DNA of 20,834 nt from Candidatus Eiseniibacteriota bacterium (GCA_046598045.1 JBKJJJ010000092.1:1-20834), one strand, 5' to 3'. Counted from the first letter of the stretch, positions 1 to 8,513 are shown. Notes: generated from the sequence alone by a model not told the origin. A program made the numbers and translations.

Positions 1-202
1 CACCGTCGGTCGTGGTACGCAGGAAGCCGCCGCCGCCGGTAAGCGTGACCTTGCTCGCGGTCTCCATGGTGACCGCGCGCACGTCGCCCTGGGAGTCCAT
101 CTTGAGGTTGACCGGGCGACGTGCGCGCGGTCACCATGGAGACCGCAAGCAAGGTCACGCTCACCGGCGGCGGCGGCTTCCTGCGTACCACGACCGACGG
201 TG
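1..202. repeat. 89-bp near-perfect inverted repeat (arms 1-89 and 114-202, 24-nt spacer); fold-back structure
   Basis: The reverse complement of 1-89 matches 114-202 at 87/89 positions. The mismatches are the pairs 56/147 and 41/162. Confidence 0.95.
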
Positions 203-2769
203 GCGCGACCTGGACGTTCGCGGTGCAGCCGTTGCTCGGCGCCGGCAGCGATTACTTCGCATACAACGGATCGAAAGCCTGGCTGGTGTCCTCCGCGAGC
301 CAGGCAGTGGCGCGCACGGTCGACGGCGGGGGGACCTGGTCGTTCGGGATCGGCACGACCACCGCGTGGGACTGGCAGAACACGCTGGCCTCCCCGTTCG
401 TGATCACGCGCGGCAATACGTTTGCCACCACGCCCCAGAACCGCAATTCGGTGTGGGTCGTGGTCGCCCAGTTCATCTACAAGAGCCTCGACCGCGGCGC
501 GACGTGGGCGCTGCTCGACAGCATCCCGAACTGCATCAAGACCAACTCGTTCTACGTCTCGCCCAAGGACTCGACGAAGTGGGTGGCGGCGGTGGGCACG
601 CCCGATCGCATCGTGCGCACGATCAACTCGGGCGCCTCGTGGAGCCCCGGGTTCTTCAAGGACTTCTCCGAGTACGGCATGCCGCTCGAGATGCACCCCG
701 ACAAGCCCGACACGCTGCTGTTCGCGCCCGAGGACGGGAAGCTCTGGCGCTCGCAGGATTTCGGCGCGACCTGGGACTCGCTCTCGAGTCCGGGCTTCCG
801 TTCGCCGTGCGACATCGTGATCGTCCCCGGGGACGACAGCAAGATCGTGGTCGGCGACGGCGTCACCGGCTCGGGCTTCGGCCAGCTCTTCCAGTCGTCG
901 AACGGGGGCAGCACGTTCACGCTGCGCTACACGGGCCCGAGTTCGGAGGTGCCGACCGTGTGGGGCAACCGCCTCGACAACAAGACCCTGTTCGCGGCGA
1001 ACTGGTCGAACGGCGGTGTGTGGCGCTCGACCGACTATGGGCTGAACTGGGCGCAGGTCTCCGCCGTGAGTTCGGCGTGGGGCGGCGGCACCTCGAACGA
1101 TGACCCGAACGCGGTCGGGTTCAATCGCTATGCCGGCATCCCGAACTTCATCAGCACCGACGAGGGGACGACGTTCACCGGCTCGAACCTGAACAACCCC
1201 GGTTCCGGCTACGCCATCCTCGGGCTCGATCGCAGCTCGTGGCTCGACCTGCATTCGTACGGCGTTTACAAGCTGGTGATCTCGCAGACGCCGCAGAACG
1301 TGCTCGTCCAGTCGCTCACGCTGACCGCGCCGAACGGCGGCGAGGCGTGGACGGTGGGAAGCCAGCACCCGGTGACCTGGAACTCGAGCAACGTCGGGCT
1401 CGTGCGTATCGAGTACCGGGCGGATGCGCTCGACCCTTGGCACCTCGTGGCCGACGTCGAGGGCTACCTCGGCGCCTATAACTGGACGCTGCCGAACAAT
1501 TCGACGAACACCGCCGAGGTGCGCGTCAGCGACGCCTGGGACGGCTGGCCGGTCGACGGGTCGAACGCCCCGTTCGCGATCCTCGGGCCCGGGATCACGG
1601 TCATTCCCGCGAGCCTCGCCTATGGCACGCACCCGATCAACACCGCCACGCTCGACACGCTCCGGATCACGAACCCGGGCAACGCCCCGCTCAACATCAC
1701 CGGCATCGCGACCGGCAACGCGGCCTTCACCGTCGGCCGCGCGTCGATGACGCTCGCGCCGGGGGCGAGCGATTCGCTCGGCGTGACCTTCCGCCCGACG
1801 CTGGCGACCGGCTACACCGCCACGCTCACGCTGACCAACGACGCGGGCGCGCCGGTCAACGTGCCGCTCTCGGGCACGGGGCAGGACCAGACCTCGATCG
1901 TGCTGCTCGCGCCGCTGGCGGGGCAGGGCTGGCAGTACAATCACCTCTACAACGTCACCTGGCAGAGCCAGGGCGTGACCAACGTGGCGGTCGAGTACCG
2001 CACCGGCGAGGCGCAGCCGTGGCTCCTGATCGCCGAGCCCGTTTCCGCCGCGCTCGGCACCCAGGCGTGGACGATCCCGAACTCGCCGACCACCCAGGCG
2101 CGGGTGCGCGTGCGGCAGTCGGGCGGTGGGGTCGAGGCGATCAGCGGCCTGTTCTCGCTCACCCAGCCGCAGTGGATCCTGGCCACCCCGTACGACTTCG
2201 GATCGGCGCCGCCGAACTATTCGACATGGGACACGCTGCACGTGGCGAACCCCGGCAACGCGCCGCTCACGGTCTCGAACGTGACCACCGACAACCCGCG
2301 CTTCTTCACGCCGCGCACGTCGTTCGTGATTCCACCGTTCGCCTCGGACTCGCTCAGCATCTGGTTCAGGCCGCAGGGCGCGGGCGCGGATTCGGCGCTG
2401 TTCACGTTCACCAGCGACGACGTCGCGGGCACGCACACGCTGCGCGCGCGCGGCCGGGGCACGGCGCTGATCGACGCGGGCGGCGGCCCCGCGCTGGCGT
2501 TCGAGCTCTCGCCCAACCAGCCGAACCCGTTCGGCCGTCAGACCACGATCCGCTACGCGCTGCCGGGCGACTCGCCGGTCCGGCTCGAGGTGTTCGACCT
2601 CGCCGGGCGCCGCGTGTCGACACTGGTCGACGGGCCGCAAACGGCCGGCCTCCACAGCGTCGTGTTCCGCCCCGACGCCGCGCGCGACCTGCCCTCGGGT
2701 GTCTACTTCGTCCATATCGCTGCCGGCGCGTTCGAGCGCACGCGCAAGATGCTTTACCTCGCGCGCTGA
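121..2769 (+). CDS. 5'-truncated secreted protein: BNR/sortilin-like beta-propeller + 2x (Ig-like + ASH/choice-of-anchor-D-like) + T9SS/FlgD-type C-terminal domain
   Basis: Repeated S/T-x-D/N-x-G-x-T/S-W/F Asp-box motifs (TTDGGATW, TVDGGGTW, SLDRGATW, SQDFGATW, STDYGLNW). APNGGEAW-type Ig module. Two 'DTLxI/VxNPGNAPLxI/V' modules. C-terminal 'NQPNPF..TTIRYAL..VRLEVFDLAGRRV..LPSGVYFV'. No signal peptide; the frame is closed at TGA 109-111 inside the fold-back spacer. Confidence 0.85.
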   Translation: MRAVTMETASKVTLTGGGGFLRTTTDGGATWTFAVQPLLGAGSDYFAYNGSKAWLVSSASQAVARTVDGGGTWSFGIGTTTAWDWQNTLASPFVITRGNTFATTPQNRNSVWVVVAQFIYKSLDRGATWALLDSIPNCIKTNSFYVSPKDSTKWVAAVGTPDRIVRTINSGASWSPGFFKDFSEYGMPLEMHPDKPDTLLFAPEDGKLWRSQDFGATWDSLSSPGFRSPCDIVIVPGDDSKIVVGDGVTGSGFGQLFQSSNGGSTFTLRYTGPSSEVPTVWGNRLDNKTLFAANWSNGGVWRSTDYGLNWAQVSAVSSAWGGGTSNDDPNAVGFNRYAGIPNFISTDEGTTFTGSNLNNPGSGYAILGLDRSSWLDLHSYGVYKLVISQTPQNVLVQSLTLTAPNGGEAWTVGSQHPVTWNSSNVGLVRIEYRADALDPWHLVADVEGYLGAYNWTLPNNSTNTAEVRVSDAWDGWPVDGSNAPFAILGPGITVIPASLAYGTHPINTATLDTLRITNPGNAPLNITGIATGNAAFTVGRASMTLAPGASDSLGVTFRPTLATGYTATLTLTNDAGAPVNVPLSGTGQDQTSIVLLAPLAGQGWQYNHLYNVTWQSQGVTNVAVEYRTGEAQPWLLIAEPVSAALGTQAWTIPNSPTTQARVRVRQSGGGVEAISGLFSLTQPQWILATPYDFGSAPPNYSTWDTLHVANPGNAPLTVSNVTTDNPRFFTPRTSFVIPPFASDSLSIWFRPQGAGADSALFTFTSDDVAGTHTLRARGRGTALIDAGGGPALAFELSPNQPNPFGRQTTIRYALPGDSPVRLEVFDLAGRRVSTLVDGPQTAGLHSVVFRPDAARDLPSGVYFVHIAAGAFERTRKMLYLAR

Positions 2770-2785
2770 TCGCGTCCTCGCCCCG

Positions 2786-3580
2786 ATGCGCCTGAACAAG
2801 CTGCTCGCCGAGCGCGCCGGGATCGCGCGCCGCAAGTGCGACGAGGCGATCCTCGCGGGCGAGGTCACGGTCGACGGCGAGGTCGTGCTCGCACCCGGCC
2901 TGCCGGTTGACCCCGACGCCAGCGTGGTCGCTTTGCGCGGCCGCCCGCTCGGCGCGCCACCAAGCGCAATCCACCTCCTGTTCCACAAGCCGCTCGGCGT
3001 GCTCGTGACCTGGAGCGACCCCCAGGGCCGGCGCACCGTGCGCGACTACGTGCCGCCCGGCATGCCGCGCCTGTTCGCGGTGGGGCGCCTCGACTTCGAC
3101 ACCAGTGGGCTGCTCGTCCTGACCAATGACGGGGACCTCGCGCACCGGCTCGCGCACCCGCGCTACGAGGTGCCGAAGGTCTACCGCATCGCGCTCGAGT
3201 ACCCGCCGACTGCGGAGCAGATCAAGGCGCTCGAGCAGGGGATCGACCTCGGCGAGGGCGAGCGCTCGTCGCCCGCCCACGCCCGGAAGCTGACCTCGCA
3301 CACGCTCGAGCTCACCATCGCCGAGGGCAAGAAGCGCCAGGTTCGCCGCATGTGCAAGGCGGTGGGGCTCTGGCTGACCGCGCTCGAGCGCGTGGCGTTC
3401 GGGCCGCTCGTGCTCGGAAACCTGCCGCAGGGGAAGACGCGCCCCCTGACCGCGGCCGAACTCACCGCGCTCCGCGCGGCCACGCAGGACAAGCCGGCGG
3501 TCTTGCGGACCCGGACGCCCTCCTCCGGGGTAATCAAGGCGGACCCGTCGGGCAAGCCGGGCTTGCCCGCCCGGCGTTGA
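2786..3580 (+). CDS. rluB: rRNA pseudouridine synthase, RsuA/RluB family
   Basis: S4-like N-terminus MRLNKLLAERAGIARRKCDEAI; HKPLG motif; catalytic GRLD (VGRLDFDTSGLL); EGKKRQVRRM. Start placed at ATG 2786 rather than 2699, which overlaps the upstream gene. The family is secure; the rluB symbol is tentative. Confidence 0.88.
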   Translation: MRLNKLLAERAGIARRKCDEAILAGEVTVDGEVVLAPGLPVDPDASVVALRGRPLGAPPSAIHLLFHKPLGVLVTWSDPQGRRTVRDYVPPGMPRLFAVGRLDFDTSGLLVLTNDGDLAHRLAHPRYEVPKVYRIALEYPPTAEQIKALEQGIDLGEGERSSPAHARKLTSHTLELTIAEGKKRQVRRMCKAVGLWLTALERVAFGPLVLGNLPQGKTRPLTAAELTALRAATQDKPAVLRTRTPSSGVIKADPSGKPGLPARR

Positions 3581-3606
3581 CACCGTGCAAATCAAGCGGT
3601 TAGAGT
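3577..3606 (+). promoter_or_regulatory. sigma70-type promoter for the PorV-family gene
   Basis: Consensus TTGACA (3577-3582, overlapping the rluB stop), 18-nt spacer, TAGAGT (3601-3606). It lies in a locally AT-richer patch, about 48 nt before ATG 3654, which has a GGGGAG RBS. Confidence 0.65.
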
Positions 3607-3653
3607 GTTTTGGTCGTCCTGATCCCCTCACGCATGCCCTCGGGGAGAACCGC

Positions 3654-4772
3654 ATGCCGCATCGAATCAACGCCCGGCGCCACGTCCGGGTCCTGGCAGT
3701 CTGCGCGCTCGCCCTCGGCCTTCCCGGCCTCGGGGGCGGCATGGCGCAGGCCGCGGACAAGTATGCCGCCGAATTCCTGAGGGTCGGGGCGGGCGCGCGC
3801 GCACTCGGCATGGGCGGGGCGTTCCTCGCCGTGTCCGACGACGCGACCGCCGGTTACTGGAATCCCGCCGGGCTCAACTACCTCAAGAACAAGAGCCTGC
3901 TCTACATGCACTCCGAGGAGCAGCACTCGCAGGTGCACTACGATTTTCTCTCCGTCGCGCTCCCCCAGGGCGGCGAGGCCGGACATCGCTCCGCGCTCGG
4001 CCTCTCGCTCGTGCGGCTCGGCGTCGACGACATCCCGGTGACGCCGCAGGTCAAGGACCTGCGCCCGGGCATCGACTTCGAGGACGGCGACGGCGACCCC
4101 AGTACGAACCTGGCGACCGAGAACAACGGTACTTGGGATCCGGGCGAGCGGCTCTTCCTGTCCGATTTCACGCTCAAGTCCGCGAACGACTTCGCGGGAC
4201 TGTTCTCGTATTCCAAGGACCTGTCGCACAAGGTCACGCTCGGCGGCTCGGTCAAGGTGCTCTACCGCACGCTCGTCGGGCACTCGGCGTGGGGCGCGGG
4301 CCTCGACGTGGGCGCGCTCTACAACCTGAAGCCGAACGTCAGCCTCGCACTGGTCGCCAAGGACCTCACGACCACGCTGGTCTCCTGGGACACCGGCCGG
4401 CGCGAGAGCGTCGCGCCGTCGCTCGCGCTCGGCGGCCAGGTCACGCACGCGTTTTCGCCGAACAACGTGGTCACGGTCGCGGCGGACGTGCGCACCGACT
4501 TCATCGGGCGGCGCACCGACTCGAACTTCGGCAATGGCTCGGTCGCCGGCGAGCTGCACGCCGGCGTCGAGTACTGGTTCCACAACTCGCTCGCGCTGCG
4601 CACGGGCGTGAACGGCCGCGACCTGACGTTCGGCGCGGGACTGCGCAACAAGGGCCTCGGCGTCGACTTCGCCGCGATGTTCAACCGCTTCTTCGAGACG
4701 GACGGCGTCACGTTCGCGTCCAACGAGGACCAGGGAGTCGGCTACCGCGTCTCGGGGTCGTTCGACTGGTAG
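3654..4772 (+). CDS. PorV/PorQ (UPF0164)-family outer-membrane beta-barrel protein
   Basis: Signal peptide followed by the family-typical 'FLRVGAGARALGMGGAFLAVSDDATAGYWNPAGL'. Amphipathic beta strands, and an aromatic C-terminus (YRVSGSFDW). Confidence 0.85.
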   Translation: MPHRINARRHVRVLAVCALALGLPGLGGGMAQAADKYAAEFLRVGAGARALGMGGAFLAVSDDATAGYWNPAGLNYLKNKSLLYMHSEEQHSQVHYDFLSVALPQGGEAGHRSALGLSLVRLGVDDIPVTPQVKDLRPGIDFEDGDGDPSTNLATENNGTWDPGERLFLSDFTLKSANDFAGLFSYSKDLSHKVTLGGSVKVLYRTLVGHSAWGAGLDVGALYNLKPNVSLALVAKDLTTTLVSWDTGRRESVAPSLALGGQVTHAFSPNNVVTVAADVRTDFIGRRTDSNFGNGSVAGELHAGVEYWFHNSLALRTGVNGRDLTFGAGLRNKGLGVDFAAMFNRFFETDGVTFASNEDQGVGYRVSGSFDW

Positions 4773-4810
4773 CTTCCTCGTAGTCGCGCTCCACCCGGGA
4801 GGGGTTCGCG

Positions 4811-6046
4811 GTGCGCAGGGTCATGGCGATCGTGCTCGCGGGCGGGCGTAGCGAGGGGCTCGGTGTGCTCACCGTGCCCCGCGCCGCGCCCGCTCTGCCG
4901 TTCGGCGGCAAGCACCGGGTGATCGATTTCACGCTCTCCAACTGCCTCCATTCCGAGATCTTCCGGGTCGCGCTGCTGACCCAGCACCAGCCCACCTCGC
5001 TGGTCGAGCACATCGGCGCCGGCCGCCCGTGGGACCTCGATCGCCTCGAGGGCGGCGTGCAGATCCTTCAGCCGTTCGTGCGCCGCGAGCGCTCGCTGTG
5101 GTATCGCGGCACCGCTGACGCGCTCGCCCAAAACCTGAACGCGATCGAGGACGCCAGTGTCCAGCACGTGGTCGTGGCCTCAGGCGACCACGTCTACCTC
5201 ATGGACTACGGCGAGCTCATCCAGGCGCACGAGGACTCCGGCGCGCGCATGACGATCGCGGTCACCATGGTCCCGCCCGAGCGGCGTTCGCGTTACGGCA
5301 TGGTCGCGCTCGACGACCAGCAGCGCGTCCGGCGCTTCGTCGAAAAGCCCGAGGATACGGACCTGCAATGGGCGTCGATGGGCCTGTACGTGTTCGACGC
5401 CGGCTGGTTGTTGCGCCAGCTCGAGGGCCTGACGGGACCCGACATGGTCTACGACCTGATCCTGCCGGCGCTGGAGTCCGGGGAGCGCATCCAGGGCTTC
5501 CGCTTCAAGGGCTACTGGGAGGACGTGGGCGAGCTCGGCACCTACTACCGCGCGAACCGCGAACTGCTCTCCGACCGGCCGGCGCTGCGCCTCGACGACC
5601 CGCGCTGGACCGTGCTCACGCGCAACGAGGAGCGCCCGCCCGCGCGCTTCGGCGAGCAATCGAAGGTCGCGAACTCGCTGGTCGCCGGCGGCGCGCGCGT
5701 CGACGGCCAGGTCAGCAACTCGGTGATCTTCCCCGGCGCCTGGATCGAGGAAGGCGCGGTGGTCGAGGACGCGATCGTGTTCCACGACGCCTGGATCGGC
5801 CGCGGTGCGCGCGTGGCGTGCGCGATTCTCGACAAGGACGCGATCGTCGGCGAAGGCGCGCTCGTCGGCGAGCGCGGCGCGGCCGAGGACCGCGTGCATG
5901 GCCTCGCCGTGCTCGGCAAGGAATCGGTCGTGCTCGCCGGCGAGAAGATTCCGGCAGGAACGAGCGTCCCGGTCGGTGGCGGCCGCGGCCGTCCGCTGCC
6001 CCTGCGCGAAGCCGCACTCGCCGCGCGCGGAGACTGGCCGCGATGA
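4811..6046 (+). CDS. glgD: ADP-glucose pyrophosphorylase paralogue, probably a non-catalytic GlgD-like subunit
   Basis: Retains PALPFGG, RPWDLDR, WYRGTADA, SGDH, FVEKP, YWEDVG and the C-terminal beta-helix. GGxGxR has become GGRSEG and RAKPA has become RAAPA. GGGAGG RBS before GTG 4811. The symbol is by analogy only. Confidence 0.75.
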   Translation: MRRVMAIVLAGGRSEGLGVLTVPRAAPALPFGGKHRVIDFTLSNCLHSEIFRVALLTQHQPTSLVEHIGAGRPWDLDRLEGGVQILQPFVRRERSLWYRGTADALAQNLNAIEDASVQHVVVASGDHVYLMDYGELIQAHEDSGARMTIAVTMVPPERRSRYGMVALDDQQRVRRFVEKPEDTDLQWASMGLYVFDAGWLLRQLEGLTGPDMVYDLILPALESGERIQGFRFKGYWEDVGELGTYYRANRELLSDRPALRLDDPRWTVLTRNEERPPARFGEQSKVANSLVAGGARVDGQVSNSVIFPGAWIEEGAVVEDAIVFHDAWIGRGARVACAILDKDAIVGEGALVGERGAAEDRVHGLAVLGKESVVLAGEKIPAGTSVPVGGGRGRPLPLREAALAARGDWPR

Positions 6047-7380
6047 GCGCCGGCGCGCGCTACGCGTTCCTGCTGGCAGGCGGCCTCGGCTCGCGCCTGT
6101 GCCTGCTGTCGGAGAAACGCGCCAAGCCCGCGGTCCCGTTCGGCGGCAAGTACCGCATCATTGATTTCACTTTGTCCAACTGCGTGAACTCCGGGATCTT
6201 TGACGTCGGAGTCCTGACGCAGTACAAGCCAGGATCCCTGCGGGATCACATCGGCAGCGGGCGCCCGTGGGACCTCGATCGCAATCGCGGCGGCATCCAC
6301 ATCCTGCAGCCGTTCCAGGGCAGCGAGGAGAACGACTGGTACCGCGGCACCGCCGACGCCGTGTACCAGAACCTGATCCACATCCGCCGCCGCCGCGCCG
6401 AGGACATCCTCATCCTCTCGGGCGACCACATCTACAAGATGGACTACGAGCCGATGGTCGAGTTCCACCGCGACCGCCGTGCCGCGGTGACGATGGCGAT
6501 CACGACCGTGCCCGACCACCTCGCCGACCAGTTCGGCATGGTCGAGCTCGATCCGCGGGGCCGGGTCATGGGCTTCCAGGAGAAGCCGGCCCCGGGCACT
6601 GCGCGCACGAACTTCGCCTCGATGGGCGTCTACCTGTTCCGCCGCGAGGTGCTCGAGATGGCGCTCGCCGAGGACGCCGAGGACCCCGCGAGCTCGCACG
6701 ACTTCGGCAAGGACATCTTCCCGCGCTTTCTCGCGCGCGGGATCGAGGTCTACGCTCACCACTTCCCGCACTACTGGCAGGACGTGGGCACGCTCGATTC
6801 GTTCTACCTCGCGAACCTCGAGCTCGTCTCCGGGCGCCCGCCGATCGAACTCGCGGACCCCGAGTGGATCGTCCACACCGTCTCGCTCGACCAGCCGCCG
6901 GTGCGGGTCGGCCAGAACGCCGCCGTGCTGCAGAGCCTGGTCGCGAACGGCGTGCGCGTCGATGGCCGCTCCGAGCACTCGATCCTCTTCCCCGGCGTCG
7001 TGATCGAGCCCGGTGCGGTCGTGCGCGACTCGATCCTGATGCACGGCACGCGCGTCGAGAAGGGCGCCGTGGTCGAGCGCGTGATCGCCGACAAGGGCGC
7101 GTGGATCGGGCCGGGGGCGCGAGTCGGCGGCGCGTTCCAGGCTGGCCTCCCGTCGAACCGCATCTGCCCCGACCACCTCTCGAACGGGCTCACGTTGCTC
7201 GGCAAGAGCGCGCGCGTCGCCGAGGGCGTGACCATCGGCCGCAACTGCCGGATCGACCCGGAGGTCACCGAGGCCATGTGGACGGGCGACGTGCCCGACG
7301 GCGAGTTCATGGCTTCGCCGCCGGGGAGCTCGCCGAGTCACGGGTATGACCTGCCGGCGGCGGCGGGGGTGAAGCGGTGA
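6043..7380 (+). CDS. glgC: Glucose-1-phosphate adenylyltransferase (ADP-glucose pyrophosphorylase)
   Basis: Canonical LAGGLGSRL, RAKPAVPFGGKYRIIDF, WYRGTADA, SGDH, FQEKP, DFGKDI and YWQDVGT motifs. Start ATG 6043 overlaps the upstream stop (ATGA). Confidence 0.93.
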   Translation: MSAGARYAFLLAGGLGSRLCLLSEKRAKPAVPFGGKYRIIDFTLSNCVNSGIFDVGVLTQYKPGSLRDHIGSGRPWDLDRNRGGIHILQPFQGSEENDWYRGTADAVYQNLIHIRRRRAEDILILSGDHIYKMDYEPMVEFHRDRRAAVTMAITTVPDHLADQFGMVELDPRGRVMGFQEKPAPGTARTNFASMGVYLFRREVLEMALAEDAEDPASSHDFGKDIFPRFLARGIEVYAHHFPHYWQDVGTLDSFYLANLELVSGRPPIELADPEWIVHTVSLDQPPVRVGQNAAVLQSLVANGVRVDGRSEHSILFPGVVIEPGAVVRDSILMHGTRVEKGAVVERVIADKGAWIGPGARVGGAFQAGLPSNRICPDHLSNGLTLLGKSARVAEGVTIGRNCRIDPEVTEAMWTGDVPDGEFMASPPGSSPSHGYDLPAAAGVKR

Positions 7381-8366
7381 GTCCGCTGGCGGGACGGCCG
7401 ATGGCTCACCGACGCTCGATCTTCATCCTCTTAGGACTGTTGGCGAGCGGCTGTGGCCGATCGTCTCCATCCTCTCCGGTAAGCACTTCCCCGCTCACCA
7501 TCTATCCAATTCACCAGGAATCGCCGGACTGGTCGCGCCATGGACGGATTGTCTACGTCGATCATGGGATCGACTGCGTCAGCCCTTACGGGGTCTACTA
7601 CATCGACACCACGAAAGCCGGCCTCTGGATCCTGGACCCGAAGACGTCGACCTCGCGCCGGGTGACAGCGTTCGGGATGACCCCTTCGTGGAGCCCGGAT
7701 GGGCAGAGCATTGCTTTCTCGACCCCGTACTCGGGAAGCATCTTCACGATCTCAGCCGATGGCACGGGCCTACGGCAGATCACGGGCGAGGAGCACAACT
7801 TCTCCCCGCGCTGGTCTCCGGACGGGGGTCGGTTGTGCTGGACCCGTAACATCGAACCCGGCGGGGGCGTCTGGGTCGCTGCGAGCGACGGAACAGGGCC
7901 GAAACTCCTCCTCGCAGACGGGGGAGACCCCGACTGGAATCCCGGCTCCCCGGACACGATCGTCTGCACGCTCTCTGACTTGGGCACCAAGCGGAGGCAT
8001 CTGGTCGCCGTGAGCATCACGACGGGCGAATACCGTTCCCTCTTCACGGCAGAGGTCTCGGAAGACATCCGCACTCCCCGCTACTCGCCGGATGGGTCGG
8101 CGATCGCCTTCTACTACGCGGCGCGCGGCAGTCATTACCCGAGCATCTACGTCCTGGCGCGCGGGGCATCGGCGCCCGTACCTCTTACGCGCCAGAGTTC
8201 CATGGAGCCCACCTGGTCGCCGGATGGTCAGGAGGTGGCGTTTCTCGCATGGGACTGGACGGTTCTCTCCAAGTCGGAGGGAACGATCTGGTCCGTTGCC
8301 CCGGGCACGGGCGACAAGCAGCAGTTGACGCATTGGTGGCCCTCGACGTGTGACACGCTGCACTGA
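7377..8366 (+). CDS. TolB-like (PD40 repeat) beta-propeller lipoprotein
   Basis: Repeated P-x-W/Y-S-P-D-G motifs (PSWSPDG, PRWSPDG, PRYSPDG, PTWSPDG) and a lipobox-like LLASG-C. The start could be GTG 7377 or ATG 7401. It has visibly more A/T-ending codons than its neighbours. Confidence 0.82.
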   Translation: MSPLAGRPMAHRRSIFILLGLLASGCGRSSPSSPVSTSPLTIYPIHQESPDWSRHGRIVYVDHGIDCVSPYGVYYIDTTKAGLWILDPKTSTSRRVTAFGMTPSWSPDGQSIAFSTPYSGSIFTISADGTGLRQITGEEHNFSPRWSPDGGRLCWTRNIEPGGGVWVAASDGTGPKLLLADGGDPDWNPGSPDTIVCTLSDLGTKRRHLVAVSITTGEYRSLFTAEVSEDIRTPRYSPDGSAIAFYYAARGSHYPSIYVLARGASAPVPLTRQSSMEPTWSPDGQEVAFLAWDWTVLSKSEGTIWSVAPGTGDKQQLTHWWPSTCDTLH

Positions 8367-8442
8367 GTTGCAGACTCCCGCTGACCTGGAAGTCGCGACG
8401 CTCGCACGCGCGATGCGCGCCGCCGATGCGATGCGCGAATTC

Positions 8443-8481
8443 TGTCCTACCACTCCAATAGTATGACACGCAGGTCAGACA
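8443..8481. promoter_or_regulatory. Overlapping divergent TGTC-N12-(T/C)AnnnT promoter-like motifs
   Basis: Plus strand: TGTCCT(8443-8448)-N10-TAGTAT(8459-8464). Minus strand: TGTCTG(8481-8476)-N10-CATACT(8465-8460). The spacing resembles the actinobacterial RecA-NDp/PafBC motif TGTCGG-N10-TAnnnT. Confidence 0.4.
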
Positions 8482-8513
8482 CTTTTCACGCGCCCCCGTG
8501 AAATGGTTCGATC

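Noticed and set aside
5368..6042. 225-aa N-terminal extension of GlgC given by the ORF track
   Set aside because: It overlaps the glgD-like gene out of frame; homology starts at ATG 6043. The upstream extensions of rluB, mltD and purH were trimmed similarly, on overlap, RBS or homology grounds.
8381..8478. Invertible promoter segment bounded by CTGACCTG/CAGGTCAG
   Set aside because: An 8-bp inverted repeat is plausible by chance, there is no recombinase nearby, and inversion would destroy the TGTC element.
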